A DNA stretch of 35,859 nucleotides from positions 1 to 35,859 of IMG/VR virus record IMGVR_UViG_3300025066_000075; one strand, given 5' to 3'. How positions within the stretch are numbered: the first letter of the stretch is position 1; the number at the start of each line of letters is the position of its first letter. Made by a program: the position numbers and the translations under genes. The notes beneath the pieces were generated by a model that searched no databases, was not told the origin of the DNA, and saw only the letters and a program-made list of their open reading frames with translations. This stretch comes from a virus (taxonomy: Duplodnaviria; Caudoviricetes). Below are positions 9,104 to 18,248 of the stretch, in pieces.

Positions 9104-9293
9104 TTTCTATGTCCTGATTTTTTAGAATGGTTCTAATTTCTTCGCGAATGAAGTTGAGCGCTTCGATGTGACCAACAAGGTTTTGATAATGAGACCAGTC
9201 TTTTGTTTCACCATTGGTCATCATTTCTTGTATTTGCTGTTCTTTTCTTCCTATTGCGCGCGTTACAGCCGTCGCGAAATCTAAAATATCTAT
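9096..9293 (-). CDS. small conserved hypothetical protein (65 aa), apparent ATA start
   Basis: Not in the ORF track. Reads (M)DILDFATAVTRAIGRKEQQIQEMMTNGETKDWSHYQNLVGHIEALNFIREEIRTILKNQDIEND. GAGGAG RBS lies just upstream of the ATA; the ORF fills the gap between flanking genes. Confidence 0.6.
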   Translation of the reverse strand: MDILDFATAVTRAIGRKEQQIQEMMTNGETKDWSHYQNLVGHIEALNFIREEIRTILKNQDIEND

Positions 9294-11038
9294 ATTTTTC
9301 TCCTCAACCTCTCATATACAGGGTTGTGTATTCCATAGCCGCCTGGAACCGGAATAGTTGTTATTCCTCCCATGTCTGGAACGCCTGACGGTCCGTATGG
9401 GTCCGATTGGTATTGACCACTTAAATAAGGATTGTATCCTGTTCTATCTCCATAAACCATATATTGTTTAGATAGTTCCGCTTCTTGAGCGGCTTGTTGT
9501 TGAGCCGCCTGTTGTTGAGCCGCCTGTTGTTCAGTCTGTTGTCCTTGTAACTGGGCCACTAGCTCTTTTAGTTTATCTACCTCCGAAGGCGCTTCTTGGA
9601 GAGCGGTAATTTGTTCTTGAAGCCCTGTTGGATCAAACATTTCTCTGCTTTCTAGCGAGCCGAGTCTTTCTTGAAGGCCTGTTGGATCAAACATTTCTCT
9701 GCTTTCTAGCGCGCCGATTCTTTTTTGAAACCCTGTTGGATCAAACATTTCTCTGCCTCCCCAAATAGGCACACCTAAATCGTCTACTGCATTTGACAGA
9801 TTGATCCCAGGCCCTTCAACAGAGTGCATCTCTGGCACATCTTTTACAGGAGGGCCCATTGGTATGCCCACAGGTTCCGGTATTGGTGTTGTTGGTGGTT
9901 GAACTTCAGGTACATCCACAGTATCGCTCCATCCTCCTGGAGGCGGAGTCTCTTCTAGTGGAGGAGTAGGCGGCATAAAATCTTCTACCCAATCTTCTTG
10001 TGGAGGAGTTACAGGAATGTCCCAGCCCATATTGTCTACGGCGGTTTGTACCTCTGGAGGAGGTTGTCCTAAATTTGGATCAAAAGGTCTATCGCTTGGT
10101 CCAATAGGTGCTTTTGGTGGTTTTATCGGATCAAATAATGGATCTCCTGGGCCAGAAGGTGGTCTTGGAGGTCTTCCATCTACTCTTCCTGGCATAGGTG
10201 GAGGTTGTCCTAAATTTGGATCAAAAGGTGGGGGACCAACAGGTTCTGGTATTCTTACTGGGCCTTGTCCAGGAAACTTTGGTTGCGCTCCTGGAAAAAA
10301 AGGTTCCTCTTGCACAGCCGGAGGAGTTATCATTTCTGGTTGCATAGTCGGAGGACCGCCTGGAAGTTTGTCCACGGCTTCTTGTACTGGATCACGGGTA
10401 GTAGGAATAGACGGAGGTAACGAAGGTATTACTTCTGGGGGAAGAGTCGGTATTACTTCTTGTGCTACTTCTGGAGGTAACGAAGGTACTACTTCTTTTA
10501 CTACTTCTGGTTGAAGCTCCGGCATTACTTCTTTTATTGTTCCAGTACCACAAAAAGGCAACACCTCTTTTATTGTTTGAGGAGGTAAAGAAGGTATTAC
10601 CTCTTTTATTGTTTCTGGTGGAATTTTAGGGGTTACTTCTTTTATTGTTCCAGTACCACAAAGAGGCAACACCTCTTTTATTGTTTTAGGGGGTAACGAA
10701 GGTATTACCTCTTTTATTACTTGTGGTGGAATTTTAGGAACTGCCTGTTTTATTTGTTCAGGAGCTAACGAAGGAAGAATCTGTTTTACTTTTTCTACTA
10801 CTTCAGGAATATTTGCTGGTCCTATTTGTCCATCTGGACCAACTGGAACTCCGGGAGCAGCAGAAGGCAAAGGAGAAACATAAGGAGTACCATCAGGGTT
10901 TAACCCCATAGGTGTCGGAACAGGTCTATCGCTTGGACCTAGCATAGGAGGACGCATTACCGGTCTTGGTTTCCTTTCAGGAAGCATAGACATAATACCT
11001 GGACCTGGCCTCTTCTTTATAACGGGTCTTCTAGCCAT
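9290..11038 (-). CDS. Pro-rich, multi-repeat, probably disordered protein
   Basis: 582-aa ORF overlapping the portal stop; contains 12-aa, 18-aa and 5-aa tandem repeats. Confidence 0.7.
   Translation of the reverse strand: MARRPVIKKRPGPGIMSMLPERKPRPVMRPPMLGPSDRPVPTPMGLNPDGTPYVSPLPSAAPGVPVGPDGQIGPANIPEVVEKVKQILPSLAPEQIKQAVPKIPPQVIKEVIPSLPPKTIKEVLPLCGTGTIKEVTPKIPPETIKEVIPSLPPQTIKEVLPFCGTGTIKEVMPELQPEVVKEVVPSLPPEVAQEVIPTLPPEVIPSLPPSIPTTRDPVQEAVDKLPGGPPTMQPEMITPPAVQEEPFFPGAQPKFPGQGPVRIPEPVGPPPFDPNLGQPPPMPGRVDGRPPRPPSGPGDPLFDPIKPPKAPIGPSDRPFDPNLGQPPPEVQTAVDNMGWDIPVTPPQEDWVEDFMPPTPPLEETPPPGGWSDTVDVPEVQPPTTPIPEPVGIPMGPPVKDVPEMHSVEGPGINLSNAVDDLGVPIWGGREMFDPTGFQKRIGALESREMFDPTGLQERLGSLESREMFDPTGLQEQITALQEAPSEVDKLKELVAQLQGQQTEQQAAQQQAAQQQAAQEAELSKQYMVYGDRTGYNPYLSGQYQSDPYGPSGVPDMGGITTIPVPGGYGIHNPVYERLRRKI
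9485..9529. repeat. 15-nt tandem repeat x3 (QQAAQ)
   Basis: ttgagc(g/c)gc(t/c)tgttg x3. Confidence 0.8.
9612..9756. repeat. 54-nt tandem repeat, ~3 copies (REMFDPTG.Q.....LES)
   Basis: ctgttggatcaaacatttctctgc at 9625, 9679 and 9733. Confidence 0.9.
10410..10770. repeat. 36-nt tandem repeats with a 108-nt higher-order period (IKEV.P.LPP)
   Basis: ttacttcttttattgttccagtaccacaaa at 10525 and 10633; repeated ggaggtaa(c/a)gaaggta. Confidence 0.85.
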
Positions 11039-13538
11039 CTTTCTTGTTCTCTTTCTTATCTTTAGCTATGCGTTCTCTTTCTACACTGGCTTTAAGTGCG
11101 GCCATGTCTTCCTGAGAGCCGATCTTTTCTTCTTCCATTTTCATCTTCAGAACCGCTATGTCTTCTTGAGATTTTAGCTTTTCTTCTTCTGATTGGTCCT
11201 TCTGTTTAAGTTTTGCTTTGTCTAAAGCAAGCTTCTTCTCGGCGATTTCTTTATCGTCTTGGTTTTCTTGCTCTCTGATCTGCAACTCTTGTGCTTTCAA
11301 TTGTACCACTCCATCATCAGGGGGTGTCAAGATCTCTTCAAGAGCAGGCATTATTGTTTCCATTAACTGTAGCTCGATCTGTGCCTTGAGCGCTTCTTTT
11401 TCTGGGTTAGGTGGAGGAGGTTGTTGTCCAGGTGGCACTGGTCCGCCTTCTTGCATTTGCGGAGGCATCATGCCATTTGCTCCTGGTGGCATAGCTTGTT
11501 GTTCCGGCATTTGTTGGTCGGCAATCTTTTGCGCTTCCAGTGATATGTGCTGGAAGATGTGTGAAACCAAAGACGGAACCGTTGCCGGATTCATCATGGC
11601 CACAGGACTTTCTAATAGGGTTAGGTGCGCCTCAATATGCGTCATATGTTCCTGTTCAGGAAACGCAGTAGCCGGGGCACCCATTAATGCTGCACCATTT
11701 TCTTGCGCCGGGTCCACAGGAGCGGGAGGTGGTGGATCGGGCATTAATAATGCGTCAATGTTTTCTGAGCCTAACGCTTCGTACATTCGGCGATAGGATT
11801 CTTTAATATTATGTATTTCTGGATTGCTTTGTACCAATTGCAGCTCTTGTTGTGCGAGCGAAATTCTTTGGCTCATTGAGAAGAAGTTTGGATCAGAAAC
11901 TGGAATGACATCAACGCGACCATCAAAGTCTTGTTGTTTAATCATTTGATCCCCACCAGCTACTTGATACGGATACTCTGGTGGTAAAAACTCTGCGAAC
12001 AACCTAGAGAGTATTCTAAATTCTGTTTTTTGTGCATAGTGTAATCGCTTATGGACCGCCGACATAACTCTTGTGCCTTGTTCCAAAAGTGCCATGGTGG
12101 TACCAACAGGGAGCTCTTGGTTGCCTTCGCCAATTTGTAAATTAGCAAGGGAAGCAAATCTTTGTCCCGCTTCAACACAAGACCCCATCAAAGCAAGTAG
12201 GGTTTGTGAGGGTTCTTTATACGGCAAAGGTATTAAAGAATCTCGAAGGGCTCCGCCTGGTGCGTCAACATCTCTAAACTCCCCTGGCTCTAATGGAGTT
12301 TCGTCGTCCCTGATTCTTAGTCCTCTGGCTTTAAAACCAGCGGGAAGGTTAGCGAGCGTTCCAGCATCAATAAGTTGTCTTAGTGCTCCGGTTGCGGTTC
12401 TTGATAAACCACCGATCATGTGAATTAAGCCGAACCCGTAGAAACCCAGTCCTGGGAGAAATTTATAATGAACGAAGTATTGAATTTTTGTTTTCAGTGG
12501 ATCGTTCGGATTGTAGTTTCTACGGATCGCTAATACCTGATTTGAAGTTCTATCAACGGTGATTATATAAGGGAGATGAAAACCATCCGAGTCTTCAAAA
12601 CCAGGTATGTCCATGGACACATGAAACTCTAAGAGCTCATACATCATTTCATTGGCGCTTGTAGTCAGTCCTTCAAGCTCGTTTACTTTGTCTTTTGGTT
12701 TGCCAGTAATGTTTGTTTCACTAGGTTCTAATGGAATGTCTCGATAGAAACCAGCCACTTGTTGTGTACGCACTTCGTTGTACGTCATTTTTACAACATG
12801 TGTCACTCTTTCGCAGGTTTCAATGTCACTGGCTGTGTAGGGAACGACTAAATCTTCAGTGGGTACAAAAGTGCTTACAGCTCGTTGTTTGCTTGGATCA
12901 AAATAGACTTTCTTAAAAGCAGAGCCTGCTAGGGGCAAATAAAACAGTAATTGGTCCATTTCAGGGGTGTATTCCTGCATTATTGAGGTAATTTGGTAGT
13001 TCATAAACTCTTGCACGCGTTGTGCTTGAGCCTCACTATCTGGGTTTTCAAGACCCATTATTCTGGTTTTTACCGGTCCTTTTGCTGGAAGCAGCTCTTT
13101 AAAGGCTTGAGCTTGGAATTGAGTAACTGATTCTGCAAGGAGGGGGTGGGTAACACCACTTGCTCCGGGAAACGGACGTTCTCGGTCTTCGTATTTGAAA
13201 CCAAGTAGGTCAAGTCCTTCAACATAGGTTTGTTCCCATTCTTGACGACTGGCGTGGTCTTCTTCAAAATCGCCCATTAAGTCGCTGGCTATTAGACCAA
13301 GCTCTGAATCATCTATGTAATCTGCTAAGTTGGCGTCAAATGGAATGTCTTGCATGTCCATTTCTTCTGGACCAAAGTTTATTTCTGCTGAACCGTCTTC
13401 TATAAAAGAAACCGCAGCACCAGTGTCCATGGTCCCTGGTTCTTCGATCTCTACCGTTTGTCCGTCCTCGACGTCTAAATCGATTAGATCAGAAATTCGA
13501 TCTATGTTCGTCGGCTTGTTTCCGCCAATCATTGCCAT
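11031..13538 (-). CDS. portal protein
   Basis: PF.GASGV.HP.L.E.VTQFQAQA.KELLP..GPV, LF.LPLAGSAFKKVY.D, FLPGLGFYGFGLIHMIGGL, LIDAGTL.NLPAGFKARG motifs; long coiled-coil C-terminus. Confidence 0.85.
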   Translation of the reverse strand: MAMIGGNKPTNIDRISDLIDLDVEDGQTVEIEEPGTMDTGAAVSFIEDGSAEINFGPEEMDMQDIPFDANLADYIDDSELGLIASDLMGDFEEDHASRQEWEQTYVEGLDLLGFKYEDRERPFPGASGVTHPLLAESVTQFQAQAFKELLPAKGPVKTRIMGLENPDSEAQAQRVQEFMNYQITSIMQEYTPEMDQLLFYLPLAGSAFKKVYFDPSKQRAVSTFVPTEDLVVPYTASDIETCERVTHVVKMTYNEVRTQQVAGFYRDIPLEPSETNITGKPKDKVNELEGLTTSANEMMYELLEFHVSMDIPGFEDSDGFHLPYIITVDRTSNQVLAIRRNYNPNDPLKTKIQYFVHYKFLPGLGFYGFGLIHMIGGLSRTATGALRQLIDAGTLANLPAGFKARGLRIRDDETPLEPGEFRDVDAPGGALRDSLIPLPYKEPSQTLLALMGSCVEAGQRFASLANLQIGEGNQELPVGTTMALLEQGTRVMSAVHKRLHYAQKTEFRILSRLFAEFLPPEYPYQVAGGDQMIKQQDFDGRVDVIPVSDPNFFSMSQRISLAQQELQLVQSNPEIHNIKESYRRMYEALGSENIDALLMPDPPPPAPVDPAQENGAALMGAPATAFPEQEHMTHIEAHLTLLESPVAMMNPATVPSLVSHIFQHISLEAQKIADQQMPEQQAMPPGANGMMPPQMQEGGPVPPGQQPPPPNPEKEALKAQIELQLMETIMPALEEILTPPDDGVVQLKAQELQIREQENQDDKEIAEKKLALDKAKLKQKDQSEEEKLKSQEDIAVLKMKMEEEKIGSQEDMAALKASVERERIAKDKKENKKDG

Positions 13539-14152
13539 TAGTCTACCCTCATTTGTGGATCAGCTTGGCCCCAGGACCTAGGAAGAGGCTGTAGCCAATC
13601 CATTAGAAACCCACCTGTTTTCTCTCCAAAACTAGGTTCTTCTGGCATCATAGTTGTCTCTGCCATTTTTGCAAGGGCTGGTGCTAACGCAGCTCCAAGG
13701 ACGTATGGCTTATCAGAAAGACCTCGTGAGTAGTCGGTTTCTTTCGCTAGTTCAATTATATCTTTTATTTCTCGGTTTATCTGGTTAGCCGTTTGATCGT
13801 AGAATCTTTTTTGTTTCATGTCTCCTCCCAAGCTTTTCTTTTGAGCTTTACGAAGACTCATAATCGTGTTTTGAGCATAAGTTAGTGCCGCCATGTCTTT
13901 AATGTGGGGATTTGCAGCTTTAATGATTTTTGCAAGAAGGTGTATGCTTTTCTGGTCCTCGCCTTTGTGCAAATGCTGGTAAATCCACTCATAGTTTCTG
14001 GTGGAATCCCCTTGTATTTTCGGGGGTCCAGCATAGGGCGCCCGCCCATGTTTTTTCAACTGCTGGAGCTTTTCTATTGCCAGCATCGTAGGGTCTTCTG
14101 TTCTATTAAACAAAGACGCTATGCCTTTTGCTGCTTTAACCGGGTTAGGCAT
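13538..14152 (-). CDS. hypothetical protein (possible internal virion protein)
   Basis: TAATG coupling to the portal; K(A)AKGIASL amphipathic start. Confidence 0.55.
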   Translation of the reverse strand: MPNPVKAAKGIASLFNRTEDPTMLAIEKLQQLKKHGRAPYAGPPKIQGDSTRNYEWIYQHLHKGEDQKSIHLLAKIIKAANPHIKDMAALTYAQNTIMSLRKAQKKSLGGDMKQKRFYDQTANQINREIKDIIELAKETDYSRGLSDKPYVLGAALAPALAKMAETTMMPEEPSFGEKTGGFLMDWLQPLPRSWGQADPQMRVD

Positions 14153-14155
14153 TAG

Positions 14156-14986
14156 TTAGTCCCCAAACATTCGGTTGAAAAGCAATAAGTCCGCTATTGA
14201 GCCTTCTTCAAGTCCGGGTTCTGGGTCAGGTTCGGTATAATCGAAACCAAACATTCTCATATTATCCGTCGGATCAAAAGGGTTTGGCGCGGGCCATGAC
14301 GTATCGTCCGATATTTGACTGTTTCTTTCAAAAAGCGTTGCTCCTGGAGTAATATCCCGGAGTAAGTTTCCTACTCCCCCTTCAAAAGGGCCACGCCGCT
14401 TCATCATTCTCGGCTCTCCAAAAAGATCTCCTGCTGGAGTCATTCCTAAATCAACGTCTAATTTTGTAGGAAGTTTTACTGATTTTAGCATTTCTGCAAT
14501 CGCTTCTTTGTTGTCGGCTATGCCATAGCCTGCTCCTGCACCAAGTCCGATTTTCAAAATATCTTTGGCGAGTTCGCTTGGCTTTGCTTTAGCAAGTTGA
14601 GCGGGAGGAAGCCTGTGAAGTCGGGACTGAATTTCTGTGAGGAGGAGTCCTTTTTTAGTTGTTGGAAGATCCATCTTAGACACAGATCTTCGGATCATGT
14701 CCATAGTTTCGTCTCCGACTTTCATGGCTCGCATAACCTGTGCGGAAGTTGCGTTCCTCATTTGGGTTCCAGGGCTCAGTGTCTTCATGGCTTTCATAAA
14801 CTCATCGGGCGGGCGTGTGCCATATTTATGGGCCATTCTCATTCTAATAACAGGATCTGCCTCTGCTTCTCGTAATTCCCTTTCCGCTATTTCTTTCGGG
14901 GTCAGTCGACGGTTGGGCTTGGGCTTGGGTTTCATTCTCTTCATCAAAGACCCAATGCCTTTGGTAAGTAGGCTTCTAATAGCCAT
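14156..14986 (-). CDS. hypothetical protein (possible internal virion protein)
   Basis: Basic N-terminus KGIGSL, GLGAGAGYG segment; in operon. Confidence 0.55.
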   Translation of the reverse strand: MAIRSLLTKGIGSLMKRMKPKPKPNRRLTPKEIAERELREAEADPVIRMRMAHKYGTRPPDEFMKAMKTLSPGTQMRNATSAQVMRAMKVGDETMDMIRRSVSKMDLPTTKKGLLLTEIQSRLHRLPPAQLAKAKPSELAKDILKIGLGAGAGYGIADNKEAIAEMLKSVKLPTKLDVDLGMTPAGDLFGEPRMMKRRGPFEGGVGNLLRDITPGATLFERNSQISDDTSWPAPNPFDPTDNMRMFGFDYTEPDPEPGLEEGSIADLLLFNRMFGD

Positions 14987-15150
14987 TAATATACTCCGGT
15001 AAAGTTGGTGCCTCTTTCTGCGATGCCTCCGCCTCTTGATTTACCTTTGCCTGCTCCGGGTTTTGGCCCTTTGCTGGTTTTCATTTTTTTGGTTTTTGCA
15101 TAAGGAGCAAATCCTTGGTCCTTGATGACTTCGCCTTTTTTAGCTTTCAC
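14986..15150 (-). CDS. small basic conserved phage peptide (54 aa)
   Basis: Not in the track. GTG start with GGAG RBS: MKAKKGEVIKDQGFAPYAKTKKMKTSKGPKPGAGKGKSRGGGIAERGTNFTGVY; TAATG coupling to the next gene. Confidence 0.7.
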   Translation of the reverse strand: MKAKKGEVIKDQGFAPYAKTKKMKTSKGPKPGAGKGKSRGGGIAERGTNFTGVY

Positions 15151-15159
15151 TGTTTTCTC

Positions 15160-16671
15160 CTAGTAATATTCTTTGATTCTGCGAGGAGTGTTCTCCTGCA
15201 TATCATAATCTGATTCTAACCCAATAAAGCCTCCCTGTCGATAACGCAACAGAGCCTGTGTGGTTGAGTCTACCAGATCATCATGTTCGCCGAAAGGAAA
15301 TGCCGCACATTCTTCGACTAATTCTTCTGCCCAACGGGTTTCTGGCACATAAACCATGCCTGCTTCCAAAATCGGCGCAACCGTGTTCACTCTTGCAATT
15401 TTATCTTGCCCTTTACCAGGGGAATAATTTACTACTGGAATCCCCGCTTGTCGTAGTTCATCGGTTAGTGGCATTCCAGAGGCTTTGGCTTCAATGATAA
15501 TGGTGTCAGGATCCCAATATTTGTACTGCTCAACGGCTTCTCTTTTGAGCTCAGGAAAATCCCACCGCCCTTTTTTAACGTCGAGCAGCAACAGTGCCGG
15601 TCGCGAAGACCCTTCGTCAGGTTGAAACACACACCAAGTGGTAATAGCAGAAAAGTCAGCGGTTTCTTTTTTGGAAAACGCCGTATCGTAGCTTTGAATG
15701 ACAAAGTGCATTTCTGGCACCTCTTTTTTAGTCCATTTTTTCCACCACTGACGTTTTAGTATCGCCCCTTCTTCCGATGTCGGGTTTTGCATCCATTGGG
15801 CTTCCCATTTGGATACGGGAAGTGACGCTTTTACCCCTTCCAATTCTTCAATTTTCCAGTATCCGGGCCATAAGGCTTTGCCGGATTCGGGGAAAATAGC
15901 CGGAAATTCTACGACCTCCCACTGATCAGCGTGTTCTTCGACCTGTTTGCTCAGCAGTCTCCCGGTTAAATCTTTAGTGCTCCATCTTGTCATCACAATA
16001 ACAATGGCACCGCCTGGTTGTAGTCGTTGTCGTGGGCCTGAAGAATAGTATTCCCAAGCATTGTCCAGGGCTGTTGGTGAAAGTGCATCTTGTTCACTGT
16101 GAATGTCATCGAGCACTAGCAAATCGGCCCCCCGACCGGTGACAGCTCCGCCAATACCCGAATAAAACGCTTCGCCACCGCCATTGGTTTCCCAACGCCC
16201 AGCAGATTTTGAATCCGCTTTTAGCGCCACGCCTGGGAAAACGGCTTGGTATTCTTCTGCGTCAATAATATCTCTGACGCGTCTACCGAAACGAAAGGCA
16301 AGTTCAGCTGTGTGAGTAATCTGCATGACTTTGAGTTTTGGATTTTTGCCAAGAACCCAGGAGGGGAAATAAGTGCTGGCAAATTCAGACTTCGTGTGTC
16401 TGGGTGGCATATTAACAATAAGCCGTTTCAGCTCGCCGCGTGCGACTCGTTCGAGCTTCTCAGCAAATATTTGGTGGTGTCGACCTTCAATAAAGTCTGG
16501 CCACATGTGTCTAACATACGTCAGAAAGCTTTCTGCGCCATTGCGTTGGAGTTGTTTAGCGTTTAACGCCTCAGTTAGTTCAATTAATTGCTTAGTCGCA
16601 TCAGGGTATTGCTCTGCTAAACGTTCCAAGTCAATGTCTACATTATACGTCGATTTAGTTCCTTTTGGCAT
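15160..16671 (-). CDS. terL: terminase large subunit
   Basis: Walker A-like MPPRHTKSE, ITHTAELA, TGRGADLLVLDD, VMTRW, nuclease SYDTAF, IIEAKASG, FP.G.HDDLVDS. Confidence 0.92.
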   Translation of the reverse strand: MPKGTKSTYNVDIDLERLAEQYPDATKQLIELTEALNAKQLQRNGAESFLTYVRHMWPDFIEGRHHQIFAEKLERVARGELKRLIVNMPPRHTKSEFASTYFPSWVLGKNPKLKVMQITHTAELAFRFGRRVRDIIDAEEYQAVFPGVALKADSKSAGRWETNGGGEAFYSGIGGAVTGRGADLLVLDDIHSEQDALSPTALDNAWEYYSSGPRQRLQPGGAIVIVMTRWSTKDLTGRLLSKQVEEHADQWEVVEFPAIFPESGKALWPGYWKIEELEGVKASLPVSKWEAQWMQNPTSEEGAILKRQWWKKWTKKEVPEMHFVIQSYDTAFSKKETADFSAITTWCVFQPDEGSSRPALLLLDVKKGRWDFPELKREAVEQYKYWDPDTIIIEAKASGMPLTDELRQAGIPVVNYSPGKGQDKIARVNTVAPILEAGMVYVPETRWAEELVEECAAFPFGEHDDLVDSTTQALLRYRQGGFIGLESDYDMQENTPRRIKEYY

Positions 16672-16820
16672 TTATTAATGTGCTTCTTTTTAGCATTAGG
16701 GTTGTTTATATAGTCTATTAGGTCCTTGGTCGAGGTACCTTTCATCCAATAATAACGGACCAAGGTCTTGCCGGTCCTACGGTTAAAGAGCTTTTCTGTC
16801 GGTTTAAATTTAATCGGCAT
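16638..16820 (-). CDS. small basic hypothetical protein
   Basis: Likely start MPIKFK at 16820 (track starts 16865); overlaps both neighbours. Confidence 0.55.
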   Translation of the reverse strand: MPIKFKPTEKLFNRRTGKTLVRYYWMKGTSTKDLIDYINNPNAKKKHINKCQKELNRRIM

Positions 16821-17256
16821 TTTCTTTATTGTGCGTGATGTTTTTGCACCACCAGTAAAATTCACTTTCTCCCAAGGTATGTTTCATTGTATTCACTCTT
16901 TGTGTCACCAACTGAACGTTACCTATTATATAGCCTTTATTCGGGTCTTTTCTATCAATACTCACATTAAAGTCCTGTTTGCCTTCGCCACCGTGCCACG
17001 TCATAAAGACACCCGATAATGCACATTTTCCATTTTGTTTTCGCCAAATATTTTTAATATTATCCATATCGAGTTCCCATTCCATGTCTTTCCGCGCATT
17101 TTTGAGTTTTGAAAAAACCACAGCAAGATAGGATTCCGGGCTATGATTCCTTGCCGCGTTTCTTTGAAAGGAGGTACAGCGTCTACAAACGTTTCGCTTG
17201 CCAGTGTATTCTTCTTGGAGAAGTTCTCTTTGGCAGGTGACGCAAGTTTTTTTCAT
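16810..17256 (-). CDS. HNH-like (His-Me finger) endonuclease with Zn-binding CxxC pairs
   Basis: CVTC...CRRC, Q.GKCALSG, SIDRKDP.KGY..GNVQLV...VN.MK. Confidence 0.7.
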   Translation of the reverse strand: MKKTCVTCQRELLQEEYTGKRNVCRRCTSFQRNAARNHSPESYLAVVFSKLKNARKDMEWELDMDNIKNIWRKQNGKCALSGVFMTWHGGEGKQDFNVSIDRKDPNKGYIIGNVQLVTQRVNTMKHTLGESEFYWWCKNITHNKENAD

Positions 17257-17378
17257 ATAAAAAATTTTTCCTTCGACCAGGGACTCCTAGACCCTTTTTG
17301 TTATATAAAAGGGATCAAAAAATGTCAAATTTTCTGAATATTCTGTACCCGTCTGTTTTCTTCTCTTTAGAAGATAGT

Positions 17379-17460
17379 AGACAAGCTAGCAATAGGGGGG
17401 GATGGCCTATGGCATCATCTCACTTCGTTCGATTCATCCCCCCCTATTGCTAGCTTGTCT
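17379..17460. repeat. perfect 26-bp inverted repeat (first, divergent unit of the repeat family)
   Basis: AGACAAGCTAGCAATAGGGGGGGATG (17379-17404) / CATCCCCCCCTATTGCTAGCTTGTCT (17435-17460). Confidence 0.9.
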
Positions 17461-17500
17461 GGGCGACCGACCTGAGTAGCAAGCAAGTTTGTAAGTTTGT

Positions 17501-17567
17501 TCTTTTATAGATAGAAAAGACAAGCAAGTGCTTGCTTGTCTTTGGGCGACCGATTTAAGTAGCGAGC
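17501..17567 (+). repeat. structured repeat unit 1
   Basis: TCTTTTATAGATAGAAAAGACAAGCAAG-TG-CTTGCTTGTCTTT-GGGCGACCGA. Confidence 0.85.
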
Positions 17568-17592
17568 GCCTGATCTGAATAGTCAGGCGCTC
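17564..17592 (-). terminator. hairpin closing the leftward early cassette
   Basis: GAGCGCCTGA/TCAGGCGCTC 10-bp stem just downstream of the 17602 stop; no clear U-tract. Confidence 0.45.
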
Positions 17593-17601
17593 TGGGCTAG
17601 G

Positions 17602-17868
17602 TTAATGTGTTCTCCATACTCTAACAACACCTGAGCCAATGCTTCTTGAAGTACATTTCATTCCATGCTTTATAAAAGCGCTTCGAACATTTGCCTTTGC
17701 TGAATAATACCCATTAATCTGTGCTACTAATTGATCTGGAAGTATGAAAGAATCGCCAATTTCTAATTGAACAATTACTTCTTCCATCTCTTTCCTAACT
17801 GGCGACATTGGCACTCCCCAATGTGCTCTTTCAGTTATAGGAATGTTTTTGTTTATAACTATAGTCAT
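17602..17868 (-). CDS. small phage protein of the (I)xKNIPI...GDSF...RVWR family (probable DNA-binding)
   Basis: INKNIPI, LEIGDSF, VRVWR motifs. Confidence 0.65.
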   Translation of the reverse strand: MTIVINKNIPITERAHWGVPMSPVRKEMEEVIVQLEIGDSFILPDQLVAQINGYYSAKANVRSAFIKHGMKCTSRSIGSGVVRVWRTH

Positions 17869-18083
17869 TGTGTTCCCCCGATATGATTAAGTTGAGTGTT
17901 AGTTACCCCATCTCCAAGAATTTGCTTGATGTCCCGAAGTTTCATTGCTGAGTCGGGTGCAGTCCCTTGTTGTTGGTCTACCAACAGTTTGATTAACCCC
18001 ATGACCAACTCCACATCTTGTGATGAGATATTAGCCGTAAGAGCCATGACTGGTATGTCATTGTTTTCTATTATATTTGGCAT
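17865..18083 (-). CDS. small early hypothetical protein
   Basis: AAGGAGG RBS before ATG 18083 (track starts 18122); ATGA overlap with the next gene. Confidence 0.65.
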   Translation of the reverse strand: MPNIIENNDIPVMALTANISSQDVELVMGLIKLLVDQQQGTAPDSAMKLRDIKQILGDGVTNTQLNHIGGTQ

Positions 18084-18127
18084 ATTGCCTCCTTTGTTAT
18101 AGGTACTCTTTATTGAGTACATATATG

Positions 18128-18156
18128 ATAGTACTAAATAGTTCTAAATATGTCAA
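18128..18156 (-). promoter_or_regulatory. sigma70-type promoter (leftward)
   Basis: TTGACA-N17-TACTAT on the minus strand. Confidence 0.75.
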
Positions 18157-18190
18157 GTACTATCTTATATATATCCTTTAATAATACAGC

Positions 18191-18218
18191 TTGACATATG
18201 GGATAACTCAAGTAGAAT
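18191..18218 (+). promoter_or_regulatory. sigma70-type promoter (rightward) containing TATGGGA
   Basis: TTGACA-N16-TAGAAT. Confidence 0.7.
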
Positions 18219-18248
18219 TGTATACATAATCAATAAACAAAGGAGGAT

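Noticed and set aside
10017-11796. Plus-strand Gly-rich ORFs 10017..10514 and 11218..11796
   Set aside because: Mirror frames of Pro-rich codons in the repeat protein and the portal.
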